Part shown: one piece after another, positions 48,668 to 62,573 of the stretch | How positions within the stretch are numbered: position 1 is the first letter of the stretch | Layout of the letters: every line of letters starts with the position of its first letter | DNA from: Antedon mediterranea | Lineage: Eukaryota > Animalia > Echinodermata | DNA: 64,000 bases | Reading direction: 5' to 3' | Assembly: GCF_964355755.1 (NCBI RefSeq) | Contig: NC_092675.1 | Span: 22,416,912 to 22,480,911 of the forward strand | Notes under the pieces: generated by a model | The model's database searches: none | The model's input: only the letters and a program-made list of their open reading frames with translations | Told to the model about the DNA's origin: nothing | Position numbers and translations under genes: made by a program

Positions 48668-50992
48668 TTATTTCAAGTGTGAAAATATCTTCTGTGAAAC
48701 CTGAAAAAAAAAATGTAAAAGTTACATATTTCAATTAAGATGCTTATTCAAATAAAGCTCTGCCTACACTATCAAACTAGTTTGACTAAAAAGGTGTGAT
48801 GTGCCCAAATATGGTAGTAATATTTCCAGATGGTACTGTAGTGATATGACATATCAATATTTGAGCACATAACATTTTTTGTCACAAAAAGTTTGATAGG
48901 GCAGATAGAGATTTAGGCTCTTAAGACAGTTCTTAATGGAATGGGTGCTTAATAAAAGGTCTTTATATAACTATTCCAGGAGGGGGTGTAAATTATAATG
49001 TAATACAGTGTGCATATTCGAACGGTTATTACTCTGGCAGGAGCGATTATTCATTCATTCAAAGCCCTTATTTGGATGGGGTGCATACGAATGACTATTT
49101 ACTTAAATAGGGGACTTGTAAAAAAATTCAAATGGAGTAATTCAAACAAGATGTATATTCAAATGGTAGCTTGTTAGGCTGTGTTTATACAACACCCTAA
49201 ATTTGAACACGTCTTTAATTTTTAGCGTGTTGCACGGGCCGAGGTCAACCCCACAAAAACCTTGCAGTTATACATGAAATCGTAATACCGTGTTATACCG
49301 TAGTTCATAAAGGATAATTTCGTTTAAAATTTAGTTTATTCAATTATTGATTTTTTAAATCTGCTTTTGAAATTAGAAAAAAACTGTTTAAAATTAGGAT
49401 AAAACTATGCTACATTTTGCCAAATTATGCCAACATTTGATTAGCGTTAAGGTTAAGTGCTAAATAGGTTAAAATATTCAAAAAAATCACAATTATCTAC
49501 TAGATTTGGTCAACATTTTCACAGCACATACTTTTATTTAACGAGAGGTCAAAACAATACCCCGAGGACACTTCCAACACGCCAACAGCAACCGGGAATC
49601 CACAAAATTTTAGGATTCAGCCAAGTAGCCTTTTTTGCAATTAAAATCTCATTACACGGAATCTCTTCGATGTTATACAACACACTTCTCGTAGGCGTGT
49701 TGAATATGCGTGTAATAGCGTGTTGTATAAACGCGCCCTTAGAGTGAGTAACCTTTTAGTACTTACACAATGGTCTACACAATGAAGGAAGTCAAACAAT
49801 TCTTGAGTACAGGTCTCCTCTGTTTGACTTCTACTTTCAACTCTAGCATTACACACATCCAGCTCAGCTTTCATCGCTTCACAATCTGATAATTTTTGAC
49901 AATCTTCTCTAATAGCATCACTAGGGTCCTTAATACAAGAAAATCATGTTAGTATCAAGTATAAGCCCAGTGACTGGTATAACCCCACTCCTTTTTGATA
50001 ATTAAATAGTTAATTTGAACACTGGTTTACTTTTAGCTTAAACCCACAGTATTTTTCACAACAGTTAATTATTAATTAAATCTACGACGGTGGACTTAAC
50101 AACATCTAGTATTACCACTGTAAAAAACTCAAATTTTCTGATATTTTTGGCAACGCCATGAGCAATGACTGTTGGAATGGCTCTATATAAATCGAATGAT
50201 TGATTAATTGATAGGCATGTCATCATTGTATTGTTTTACTACAGTACCGAACAAGTTTCCCATCTCTCACAGATTTTGCTTTTATAAGAGAGTTGATGGA
50301 AGTACTATATATTTACAAACTTTATTTAGTGGAATTCCACTTCATAAAGTTTAGCTGAATAAAAAAAATTTCATTTCAGACAGGGTATATTCATTCATTT
50401 CTGTTATGTCCTGTTAAATTTGGTTTTTAACTCACAATAAGGTCCTCTTCTTCCTCCTCTTCTTCATCCTAAAAAAGAAATTTCCAGTTTAAATGTATTT
50501 ATTACTATTAGTATAAATATAATGAATGAACTGGAAAAAAACCAGGACAGTCATTAAAGATAGTAAAAGTTAGACTAACAGTGAGTAGCCTTATAATATA
50601 GTTTTGGGCTTCCTACACACACAGTATTAACTATTATCATCATGTTGTTTTGTGCAGTCAGAATCATTTTGCACTACTCTACTGTAATAGTATAATAAGG
50701 TATCCAGGCCTATTAGCTTACTTGTAGTACAAACTAAACTGTATTTGACTGGACCCTGCCTAGCTACTGTGTAGCCTAAACATAGACTGCACTCTGTCGC
50801 ACCTAGGCCTTGATAGGCTATATTCCGGGTTATTCTAGGCCAGTACAGGCATGCATGTGCTTCGCGATTTCCATTTGATCAATTTAGGCCTAGGCTAGGC
50901 TATTATAGCTTAAATCAGGTTTAAACAAAATCGATTACTGTACTTACTTCGGGTGGATCACCTTCGAGTCTTCTTTCATCATCCCCTCCCAT
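48668..50992 (-). CDS. UQCRH: Cytochrome b-c1 complex subunit 6 (hinge protein), about 90 aa
   Basis: Exons 50992-50948, 50468-50436, 49928-49767 and 48700-48668 encode MGGDDERRLEGDPPEDEEEEEEEDLIDPSDAIREDC...[39 protein letters not shown], with the acidic N-terminus and hinge Cys pattern. Confidence 0.97.
48755..48913. mobile_element. Short MITE family (also 63049-63203 and a partial copy at 8276-8367)
   Basis: Ends AGCTCTG(T/C)CTACACTATCAAAC / GTTTGATAGTGTAGACAGAGCT with an internal GTGATGTGCCCA motif shared by the three copies. Confidence 0.75.
49177..49738. mobile_element. Harbinger-type MITE in UQCRH intron 3
   Basis: GGCTGTGTTTATACAACAC ... GTGTTGTATAAACGCGCCC ends with TTA flanks. Confidence 0.65.
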
Positions 50993-53900
50993 TTTATATA
51001 TAGCTTAAAGTTGGAATAAATATGAAAATTGTCTTTAAAAATCTAGTCTTGGCTTTCAACAAGCACGCAAGAACAGACAGCAGAGAAACAAGAAGTATGA
51101 AAAGCAAACGTCGCAAAATAATACGATTAAAATGTTTCTGTTTACGTAGCGCCACCAGTGGGCATTCAGCTAACGACTTCGTAGGCTATACATACTGTAC
51201 ATACTTACTCTGGCCGAGCCGAGTAGTATGGTCCAATGGTCGCTTCGTACTTGAATGTGCCAATATCTGTGTTTATGAGAAGGTCTAACAGTGATAATTA
51301 CGGCCACTATTGCACCTAATTGTGGAGCACACCCTCAATTTATACTAGGATTTATTTGTTACTTTGTATGTGATTGTGTTTTTAATTCAAGGTGTGATAT
51401 CCACGATTATTTTTGTTGTTGAATTTTATGGCATTTTAATTTCACTCTGACCAAAAATTGGATCTTAGAAAAATATATTTACCTGAAAAACTTAAAAATG
51501 TTTGTTCAAATTGTCACCTTCACCGAACGTAAATCAACCGTCTGTTAGAACATTAACAAATCTTCCCTAAGCAGTACGGTGTATAAATAGAGCAGTTGCT
51601 TCAAATCATTGACTTAGGCCTACAAGATAATAATAAAGTATAACAATTAAACAATTGAAGACCTTTACAAAAGTTCGGGCACACAGCAAAAAAGTTAACT
51701 AACAAGAAAAAACGTAGCAAGTGAGTACTATTAGTTAGTTTATCGAAATTTAAATTTTTTATACAAGAAAATTCAAATACGTAGGCCTTCTTTTTCCAGA
51801 TCTCATACAGCATCATTGATCACAGAGGAAAGCGTGTAATTTCACTCTTCTCTAATTGATTATAAACTTTCTTCCAATACAAGTCACTTCATCTATCATT
51901 AATTAAGAGTGTTGAATTTACAAGATAACAGAGGGGCATTCATTTGATTCATTATTATTCTGAATTGCAAAGATGAAAATAATATATTGTTGAAATTAGC
52001 ATTTATATAAGAACGTTGCTCTATTTGATGATAACCAAGTAATTTATGACCGTATTAATAATAGAAGGATAGGCCCGTTTTGTGTCAGACTACATAGGCC
52101 TTACCTACTGGAACGACGTGATGATTATTATTCTTTTTAAGACTGGATCGTATATCTAAGTTACTGAAGAATTTTGTAAGAATACAGACAGACATAGGCC
52201 TACATACATCGAACCAAACGTGACATTTTAAATAAGAGACAGTGGTTGTTGTTGTTGTGGTGGTGTGCACTTTAATTCTTGAATGTTGATTCATTTAACC
52301 ATTTATATATTATAAATCAATAGTAGAAATAATAATAATAATCCATAATATTCAAGCCTATTATTAATCTATATAATATTATTATATCCACACTGGATGC
52401 GCCATATGTGGGCGTTTTTAGCTGTGTTCATATTTGTGTTGCGTTGATATTTTATTTATAAACAACTGAAATTAAAATATGGCTACATTGTTATTACGAT
52501 GGAATTGTATCCAATATGTTGGGTTGCAGAATTGAGTGAAGGATGTTTGAAACGTAGAGAATACGACAGTATTCACCTTTTCCCTTAGGAGAGTATTTTT
52601 CACACGACATTCGTGGCCAAGTCTGCTTTATAATATAAAGTCGTCAGTGCGTGAACCGTGTAGGATCATATAAAACCAATATTAAATTATCATTATAATA
52701 AGCGAATTAGCTTTAATTAGATTATAGAGCGAAGACCCACCGAAGAAGTCGTATACGTCTGAGAGAGCACGTGACCTTAACGCGATTAGCGCTATAAAAT
52801 GCTTCAAACATCAGCTAAATATAATGGACTATACCATTCATTTCTTAGGTAATGTTTGTATTGCGTTATATCATGGAGTAATAGTGCTTCATTTCCGAAA
52901 ATGTTTATAGAAAAGTCATTAAAATTTGAAAACATTATATTTGGAGGGAAAATGTTCGTATAATGGAGGTCTCAGCTGACGAAGTGTCCGCAAAGAGAGG
53001 TTCAACAATTGTATGTTTTTTTATTTAGTAAAAGTAAATAAGTTGTCGCAATATTCATGCTCATGTAGGTCTGATAATAGTTCTGTTAAAAACTTATACC
53101 ATTCCTAATAGGCCTATCATCAAAGGCACAGTACCAACATTCGACAGGTACCAATATTAATTAATAATTACAGTCACGTAAAATGAAATACTAATGATTA
53201 ATTATCATTTATTAATTAATTATATTAATTAGCATAGCGGTGTGAAGATACACAACAGGCGGCTGGATTTGAGTTGAATGTGTACATGAATACGAAATCA
53301 AGTACAGTAATAGATTATGCCGTGCGTAAATTACTCTCATTCTCTCTCATGGGACCTTCAGCTAATATAATTTGGTTTACAATTTCACGATGAAGTTGAT
53401 TAAATTTCATACAACATGTCCATTCTCTTGTTGACAGCTGCCGGTTACCAATACATTTATTAAGAAGGGAAAATGCCCTAAAACCAACCCTTTTAAGATT
53501 TTTCGAAATCGGAATACTTATTTAATGAGAATATTATTTAAATTGTCTATTTCAAAGAACAATATAAGTTTGTTTTCAACTTTCACCAACAACACAAGTT
53601 TGAAACTTGAAAAATTGAAGAACAAGGCCATATACTGCAAATGACTGCAGTCGCGTGCTCAAGTTAGTGTTTACCGACAAACCGACCAACCAACCAAACA
53701 ACCGACCGACCGACATAGTTAGCGTTGTCAAAATACGCACAGTCTTTCTTAAATTCTAACAAAAAAATGTTTCTTCTCTCTGCATACCAGCATCTGTCTC
53801 TAGTAGGCCTACAATGTTTTGTTTTTGTTTTGTTGACTGACACACGCAGAACATCTGAAATAATTTCTTCTTTATAAAAACATGTTAATACACCTTTTTG

Positions 53901-54455
53901 GCAAATTAAGATTCGATATCCATATTCATAATTATTTTTAGAAAATCATTTTTGCTTAAATTACAGAAAAAATATTTTATATATATATAATTTTTGAACT
54001 TTTTCCACTTCTGTTTGGCTGTTTTACTTTATCGTTTTTAATTAGCTTTTCTTATTTTGTTTGTATCTCCTTTGAGATCCAGCCACATACCGTGAACATT
54101 TTCAGTAACGTTTGCCTTTGAATATTACAGTTTTCAAAAATATTATAATTATTCGATTTTAACCTAATCTCAATTACCTCGATTGACAATTTATTTTGAA
54201 AAGAGGATATAAAACTAGAAAGAATATACAATTCTTTAAATAATAATATTCTTCCTATAATAATGAAAGAATTTTCTTTCTTAATTTGTAACACATAAAA
54301 ATCGTATAAGAGAGGAATTAAATGAAAATCATTACCAGAGACTCTATAAATAATCTATAAATAATAATTGGAATTATAGTCCCTGCCTGATGGAATAAAA
54401 TTGCACGGTTCATTATCTAAAGCCATCTGTTAATTTAGTCGTGAATACGTAGGTA

Positions 54456-57400
54456 ACGATTATCATAATTAACTAATAGTGACTTGAAAAATTGTTTGTG
54501 TATATGAATTTTGGACATTAAATATTAATTATTTTATCGTTACACCGTAATTGACTATATTATTATTATATGATTTCTAGAATATTACCGCAGAATTAAC
54601 AGTGTTTTTCGATAATGTAATTTTTACTAAAAATTCTATTTCTAAATTTGTTTTACATTTATCATTACTATTGGTATCAGTTTTTTACCCGTTATTTTCT
54701 ATATAATAGAGTTGCGATAATTTTTGTATTCCTAACAGATAAAATAACGTTTCCAAGTTCTTTCTAGGAATCAGTTGATACTTATTTCTCCATGATTTGA
54801 GACGACAGTCAGAATCTTGCTCTTCTTGATGTTTTCTTCCCAATTTATACACCACCGAATTTAATTGTGTTTATTCATAAAATCACCAATTAAATTGTTA
54901 TTGTTTAAGTTTATATTGTGTATGGTTAGGGACTACTATTTCCGGTTACCCAATTGATTTACTTTATAATTATATAATTTGATTTTGAAAGTCAAAAGTT
55001 ATTTTTTGTTTGATCAGAATTCTACATTAATATGATGCATGAATTATATTAAAACAATTTATTAACAGAATGGTTATTAATGAATGCCAGTAATTTAATG
55101 ATAGAAGTTTGAAGAAAATATTCAAAGATTACTCTTACTATTTTGACTTATGATAAATTTGAAATCATAATTCTGGCAATGTATACAATTATCTGTATCC
55201 ATGCTATGGCGGAGTAATTCAACACAAAAAAATGAAACAACAGATATAGCTTATTTGCTTATTCTGAACTCTCATTGGCTGATTCATTAAACGGGCGGAT
55301 CATTTCTATGAATTCAAACCTACAAGCTAAAATAGACAAACACAGAAGATAATTACGTTAAGGTGGCGTTTGATTAAAAGCTCATCTCTGCAGCTCAGCA
55401 GTTCTAAATCATCTGAGTCAAGTCGATCGCACATGTATAGATGCGGCTGGATATCTTACTATTCTCTAAGCGGTAAGACACGTTTGGGATTGAGCTGTTT
55501 CTGTGCGTATGGGTAGAATTTTGCAAAGGAAATCCCGTAATAATAATGTTAGCGTGCATTATAATTGTGAACATAACACTGTTAAGCTAGCATCGTGGTA
55601 ATTATTATTTTAATAACTGCAAGTATAATATCATCACGCGCTCAGAGTGAATTCTTAACGTTTCTCAAGACGTCTATATAGTCTACATAACATACGAGAC
55701 CTGTTATTTCCTCATCTTGTTGCATATAGATTTCATATTCTGGTGAGTTAAAATAATTTATTTTTATGTATCGTATATATATCCATACAATTTAAAATGG
55801 TATTTTATTGTAGTTATTGATCTTATTCCACCCCTTATGAATAGGCCTACGACTTAGGTAGCGTTTTGAACTGCGAAGATTCGACTGCTTTTTTCATGTT
55901 TGTTTAAAATACGAAGTAGGCCCCATTTTCAACAAAATAAAAACGATGTATTAAAGTATTTAACAAAATAGTCATAATGCTTTGAAAGAAATGATTATGT
56001 AGGCTTTATGTCAGTCTAACTTTACTTGATGATATTTACGTGTAATTGTAGTTTAACAGAATAACGATAGGCCTACTTTGTGGGCCTATAATAAAACTAT
56101 ATGAAAAATGTTTTGCTATTTAAATCACTGTAATGTCGTATTGGATTATTGATGTATTTTGGACATGTTATTGTGGATAATAAACACGGCTCAAGTAGGC
56201 CCTGTATTAATATTGTTCTTGTAACAGCTGAGATACATTTACTTCTAATAAACAGAAATCTTTTCAAGAAAAATCCTAAATTCGCCTCTAATGTATTAAT
56301 AAACATATGACGAATTCACAATGTAAGGTTGTCATTTTACTGTAAAATTCAATGCAAACTTCATTACGTAGATATATTGTGAAATAGTAAACCCAGGTTA
56401 AATGTATGATGTGAGTAAATGTAATATTATTCTCGTCATTCCTCACATTTCCTGCTAATTGTCATGTTTCCTCTATTTTCACCTTCTACGTTCCTAGCAA
56501 TACGATGTACATTAGAACTGAGACAAGCAAATATTACGTATACTTTCTTTAATCTAATTAGATCTAGCAATTACATTCACTGTACCTTCATCATCAATGA
56601 CAGTAGTATACCCGCGAACCGAAGGCCAGATTTGCTGAAAAAATTCTCTAAAGTTTAATTTGTCAATAATTTTTGCTTAACGTACGTCTAATTTAATGCT
56701 AACCGGTTTGATTAATAATGTTTTTGCTTGGCACTTCTTCGAAATAGACTATTATTTCAATTTGTTAAAATAGCAGCTCTATTTTTTGTTTAATGTTCTT
56801 AATCAGCCCCAACCAGCCCCAACCATGGTACCTGACTGGTCCTGAGAAATAGTGAGCTCTATTTTTAAACATTTGTTGACTCCCACCATGCGTGGGCTAA
56901 GGTGGTGGAGACTTATGTATTTCGTTAAAGTAGCAAGCGTGACAATTCTTATCTTTGTACCAACTGGGCCCTTGTTACGCGACTGGCAACAACGGTTTAT
57001 ATCATTATTAGGGTAGTTCCGAATTACAAAGTTTAGATCAATGAGACTATTTCTCACATGCTCTTCCGCTTCTAGTACTACAACTACTAATTCAGTAGAC
57101 CTTTGCTTAATGAGTGAAACCTCTGGGAATCAGAAGGTGTATATATATATATATCTCAAAATTAGGTTTTAAATATTTCAACGAAGTACAACGAAATAAT
57201 TAGTCTACCTATATGTGATATAGTACCGTGCGAGAACCGACTGAGAATGCGTTGTTAAAAGCATGTATTTTTGGCTCCAATTTTAACCAGAGGAACAGAC
57301 CAACTCACTGTTGTTCTTCCCTGGTTCCTATGCACATACAACAATATAAATGGAATTCAACAATCCAGCATATAGTTATGTGATTAATATTAGAATAGTA

Positions 57401-58600
57401 AAAACACGATAATAGTAATGAAGAAGAAATAAACACAATGTGTAGAAAGGGGGTCCTATCGTAGGAACAATACAAGTGTGCTTTGGTACTTCTAACTCTT
57501 CAAGAAGATCATGATTATTCTCCTATAATCCTTGTCTAAGACAAAGGTTCTGGATAAGGTTATGGAATTGTGTTTAAACACACAAACTCGAAAAGGACAC
57601 TGATACTTTGTAATATAACGTTTAATGTCATTTTCAAGCACATGTTTTATGAGAAACGAAACATGACATGATTGGAAAAAAAGATAACTATGACTATTAC
57701 CATGATGAACATAGCTTAACAAAAAATATAGAGGGAAAATACTAATATTTATGTAGAATTAATCCATCTATATGCATAAGGAATCTTTATTTTTTTTTTT
57801 TTTTTGCTGGTTAAAAAAAATTGTATTATGTGGTCAAAAAAGTGAAGAAGAAGGAAACAAACTGTATTAAAGAGGAGAGAAACCACGATGGCACAAAAAA
57901 AGATAACAAAAGATGTAGATCATTTTCAAGATTCAAATTATTAAGGTTTATTATTATAAATTTCGGGGGAAAATGTATGAAACAGTTTTTCATTGATAGT
58001 AGCTTGTCGACTTCATGATCTTTATTAGAAACAACGTCACACGTAGCAATGAACTACAACACATTACCTTCATTAATTCAATTAAATTCAATTCTTTATT
58101 AATACGTCAAAACATAGTTGATAGAATTAACAAGTAACAAAGAAAATAAACAACATGATTACTTACAAAAAGGAAAGGAGAAGGAATAATAATATAATAC
58201 AATTAAGGTTCATAATTAATTTTACGGTTAGAGATCACTAAAACAAATAATGTTGGGTGATTCAAATCAAATCAGAATGCAATTCATTGGATAGAGAGAG
58301 TTTGGACAGTTTCACATTGATATAAAAAGCGTGTTGTATTATGGTCCTTAATAGAAACAGCGTATAGAGGTAACAATGAACTACAACACACTGCCTCCAC
58401 TATTAAACATATGGCTGTTTAATTAGTGTGTTTAATAATACATTTTAACGTATTTTTCTTTGATGTAAAGATTCACTTGCTTCTACAATTCATCATAATT
58501 AATTTCACAAGATTCATTGCAGCTCGTTCTTTATAACCAAGCAATAATTATATAGTATATACACAATTAGTGATGACATTATCTTACTAATCTTTAATGA
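54456..58600. repeat. Right arm (part 1) of long inverted duplication; partner 18025-22174
   Basis: Reverse complement of 18025-22174. Confidence 0.97.
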
Positions 58601-59088
58601 ACAAGTTGTAATACTAGAGCAATTCTATCTGCTGTAAATGAGTCACTCAAGACATTGTTTCAATTTGTACGATTGGCCTTTCATTCTCTATTGAATAGAA
58701 CACTTGTGGAAATACGCTTGCAGCGCAGACAAATATTCATCTATCATTATGTAGTGAGAAGATGAGGGTGAAGATGTTATATCATTGCTCCATTGTAATA
58801 CTATTGATCTATATTAATCTGTTGGCCTGGGGCTAGCGCTTTCTTCAAGGAAACTAGAATTGCGAATTCGTCAGCGACGACCCGGATAAACACGACACGT
58901 GACGAACGCGTACAAAAGCCATCAGTGTTAAAACACGCGCGCTTACATTTCTCTTCGTAATGTTTGTATAATAATATGTATTATGTCATGTCTTATTAAT
59001 CTGCTGACCTGGGCCTAGCGTTGACTTCGATTAAATGAAGTTTGACCTGGACAATGCATCAGTGACGAACAAATGCGATAGGTGACGG

Positions 59089-59972
59089 ACGCGCATAACA
59101 ATAATTAGTGTTTGAACGCGCGCGTATAAATTCTAAAATGTGCTGATAAAGATGATACCAATGATCTATCATTATTTCATGAATGTGTTGGCCTGGGGCG
59201 AACGCGGTCTTCAAGGAAACCATGATAACAATTATTGGATCAATCTTTATTATCTAACGTAATCGGTTATTCTTTTAATACCTAGTTTGCCTTCTCCGTT
59301 ATCAATCATATAATTATACAACTAACTTGACATTGCTTTAATTAAATATATTACTTTGTTAATATTGTTTATTTTCCATCCATCATTGTCTGTTCGAGCT
59401 ATCTTTAATACTGCAATGTTTCACGTTCATATCACCTTAAATCATGTATGAATTCAGTCAAAACAATTAGTCCACTTAGATGATGCAGGCCTAAGTCTGT
59501 GTTCTATTTGAATTGTGAAAAGTTTATATCTAAATATCATTTGTTCGTTGTTGTTTTACTGTTTTTTTATTCAACGTGCCTACAGAAAATAAAAAGTTAT
59601 TCGAGGTTCCAATCACTGTTCATAAAGTACCGGATACATTATTGTAGTGCATCATCATATAGATGGATGCTTATGAAATGAAAATATTAATAATAGGCCT
59701 AATGACAAAGTTTATAATAACTAATTATTGTGAGAGGATTAGCCTCAGGCCTGTCTTATTTTCATGGTATATCGATAAGAATGCATTTGGACTTTTATCG
59801 AGCACTAGGTTTGATAGACAAACATGGTAACCACAAATCTATTGTCCAATCTATTACCACATGACCAATATGCCGAGCCATTAATGATGATATAGGCCTA
59901 TTTATTTAATTGTTTTATTTTGAAAGAGGGTGAACCAAAACAGCATGCTGATCATCTAGGAGCCCGCAAATA
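59089..59972. repeat. Right arm (part 2) of inverted duplication; partner 14617-15490
   Basis: Reverse complement of 14617-15490. Confidence 0.95.
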
Positions 59973-60218
59973 AACGCAAGATATAACAAACATATACAAA
60001 CACAAACAAAATAATTACTGTGAAAAATACAGACAAAAAAACATTCACCATTTCAATTTGATTATGGTTATACAAAAAAATCTATTGCACAGAAAAAAAA
60101 AACAATTTACAAAAATATATAAACAGGATTTGTTTGTAGTATATATATATTGATGAGCATTGTATTAATTAATAAGTTGATTGAATAATTACCTTTACAT
60201 TATTTGTGTTTTTTAAAG

Positions 60219-60308
60219 GTCTTACAATGTTCTGCTATCAGTGTTCGTCTGTGCATGCGCACAGATGTGTGGATTCACCTCCCAGCCCAGCAAGAGTGGC
60301 GTCCTCCT
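60219..60308 (+). other. Isolated 90-nt candidate exon (GC-richer, open in all three frames)
   Basis: Polypyrimidine-AAG acceptor and GTAAGT donor. One frame reads GLTMFCYQCSSVHAHRCVD, resembling the CYQC start of Ly6/uPAR three-finger domains. Frame and product are uncertain. Confidence 0.35.
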
Positions 60309-60634
60309 GTAAGTACATACATACAAAATATTTATAACATATATTATTTTATTTTTATAATCGATAACATAATGATATCACGACAACACAAACAATTATC
60401 AATTATGGTGGGATCAGAAGAAGAGTTACACCTGTAGACATACTGTATGTAAATGAACTAAACAATGGTAATGAGGCCTAGCATTGTAATAACCGCAGTT
60501 CATTAGAGTTAAGTTCATGATTATAGAAACGATACTAGATAGATACTTCGTTTTGGGTGTACCTGAATGAATTGTTGTTCCTCCTTTTCACTTTTTCTTC
60601 ACAACGCATTTTGTGCTTTATAGATTAAATATTG

Positions 60635-60780
60635 TTTTTCCCAGGGTTGTCAAAATATGTTTTTCCCAGGGTTGTCAAAATATTGTTTTTCCCAGGGTTG
60701 TCAAAATATGTTTTTTCCAGGGTTTGTCAAAATATGTTTTTTCCAGGGTTTGTCAAAATATGGTTTTTCCAGGGTTGTCA
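60635..60780. repeat. About 26-bp tandem repeat (TTTTTCCCAGGGTTGTCAAAATATG), about 6 copies
   Basis: Directly visible array. Confidence 0.92.
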
Positions 60781-61164
60781 ATAACACTATTAATAGAGCA
60801 TATACTGGCTATAACTCGATAAAAATGAAGAGTGTTTGTGTTAATGTTGAAATACACGTTTAATTTCAAATGTCATTTAATTGTAAGCATTGAAATAAAA
60901 GTTTACATATAACCTATTAACGAAAGAATTTACTTACTCACAACATGTCATATCAAATAAAATGAAGTAGATTAAATACATTACTAATATCTTGTTTGAA
61001 GGCACGGAGGCATTTGAGAAAGGCATGCTTCTGATGACAATGTGTAAGAGTATCTTTGATGTTGCTTCTTTGTTATTGCGGGTAGGCCTACTCGATAAAG
61101 CAATATTTTATCGATCAAGTTAAAAATTGTTTATTTAACAGATCTTTTTCGTTAAATGTTATAA

Positions 61165-61714
61165 GTTCTTGTCTCTTGACTACACATTACTATACATTGA
61201 CTCTTTTTCAACGCGTTTGAAAACGCTTTTCGGCAAGCTAGCCGTTTCTTGTCTTCTGACTAACTACACCCTTTCTCCAACTATTACACATAGGCCTGCC
61301 TACATTGAATCTTTTTCAAACGCGTTTCCAACGTTTTTCGGCAAGCTAGCTGTTTCTTGTCTTCTGACTAACTACACACTTTCTCCTACTATTACACATA
61401 CATTGACTCTTTTTTAAACGCGTCTAAACGCTTTTCGGCAAGCTAGCCGTTTTTTGTCTTCTGACTAACTACACACTTTCTCCCATAATTACACATACAT
61501 TGACTCTTTTTCAAACGCGTTTAATTCCAACGCTTTCTGACAAGCTAGCTGTTTCTTGTCTCCTGACTAACTATACACTTTCTCTCACTATTACACATAC
61601 ATTTTTAAACGCCTTTTCGTTTCTTATCTCCTGACTACATACTTTCTTACGCTATACACTATAGTCCTACATTGACTCTTTTTCAAACGCGATATCAACG
61701 CTTTTCGGCAAGTT
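61165..61714. repeat. About 105-115-bp degenerate tandem repeat, about 5 copies
   Basis: Repeated tacattgactctttttcaaacgcg...cttttcggcaagctagc.gtttcttgtcttctgactaactacacac. Confidence 0.9.
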
Positions 61715-62477
61715 AGTTTGGTTGAATGGTTATTGCTTCAGCTTCCCAACAACTCGAACCCCATCTATGTGGTACCGTGTCTTTTATTTATAGTGAGAGT
61801 GATTATTTAGAGGGTTAGGTTTAGTTAATATTTATGTATTAAACATAATATAAAAGTCCAATCGTGTGTCATGGAATGGTATGTTACCGTCCATAGACAT
61901 GAAACATTTCCGCAGTTCATTTGCCTCTCATAAAGGAATATGCTCACAATCATAGAAGAGGCCTATCTTGCAAAATACACGTTATACGTCTTTTTAAATA
62001 ATTTGTATATGACTCGATACCTTCAGTTATAGATTATCTTCAATCTACATAACGATTTACGTTTTAAGGTCCACTTGTTAAATAAATAAATATAATTATG
62101 TACGAGTTAGTGTATCTTACACGTGGTTACTCAAGAGTGCGGTAATTAAGTTGACATAGTTAATCACACTCGGGTCGAGTTGACTAATCGTAGATTAGAG
62201 CATTACATGTACATACTGCCACGAGGTTTGATTTATTTCACTAATTATTAATCCTATTTTTCAATTAGTATCCACATTCAGATTAGCTGGAGGATCATGA
62301 TTTAATTTACTTGACAGTATAAGTCTATAATGATTATTTTTACAGCTTTCTAATACTGTCTTGGTAGACGGAAAACGTTTACGCCAATTGGTAACATCGA
62401 CGTTGTAGGCACAATCAAACATCACCAGATAAAATTAGTCTGAATCGATTAAACCCTCAAATTGAGTAACGTTTTTA

Positions 62478-62573
62478 CTCTATAGTTCACTATGTCGGTC
62501 GGTCTGTCGGTCTGTCTGTCGGTCCGGTATCACTATGCGTTTTAGCACGCGACTTATGGCTGTTGGCCTTGTT
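62478..62573 (-). mobile_element. HINE-like element copy (truncated)
   Basis: ctctatagttcactatgtcggtcggtc...gcacgcgacttatggctgttggccttgtt. Confidence 0.75.

Noticed and set aside
51147-51164. CTCF-like motif upstream of UQCRH
   Set aside because: Several mismatches to the core consensus; not supportable without a PWM scan or ChIP data.
14617-59972. Giant TIR transposon or Polinton bounded by the inverted arms
   Set aside because: No transposase, integrase or polB; the interior holds intron-containing housekeeping genes; no terminal motifs or target duplication.
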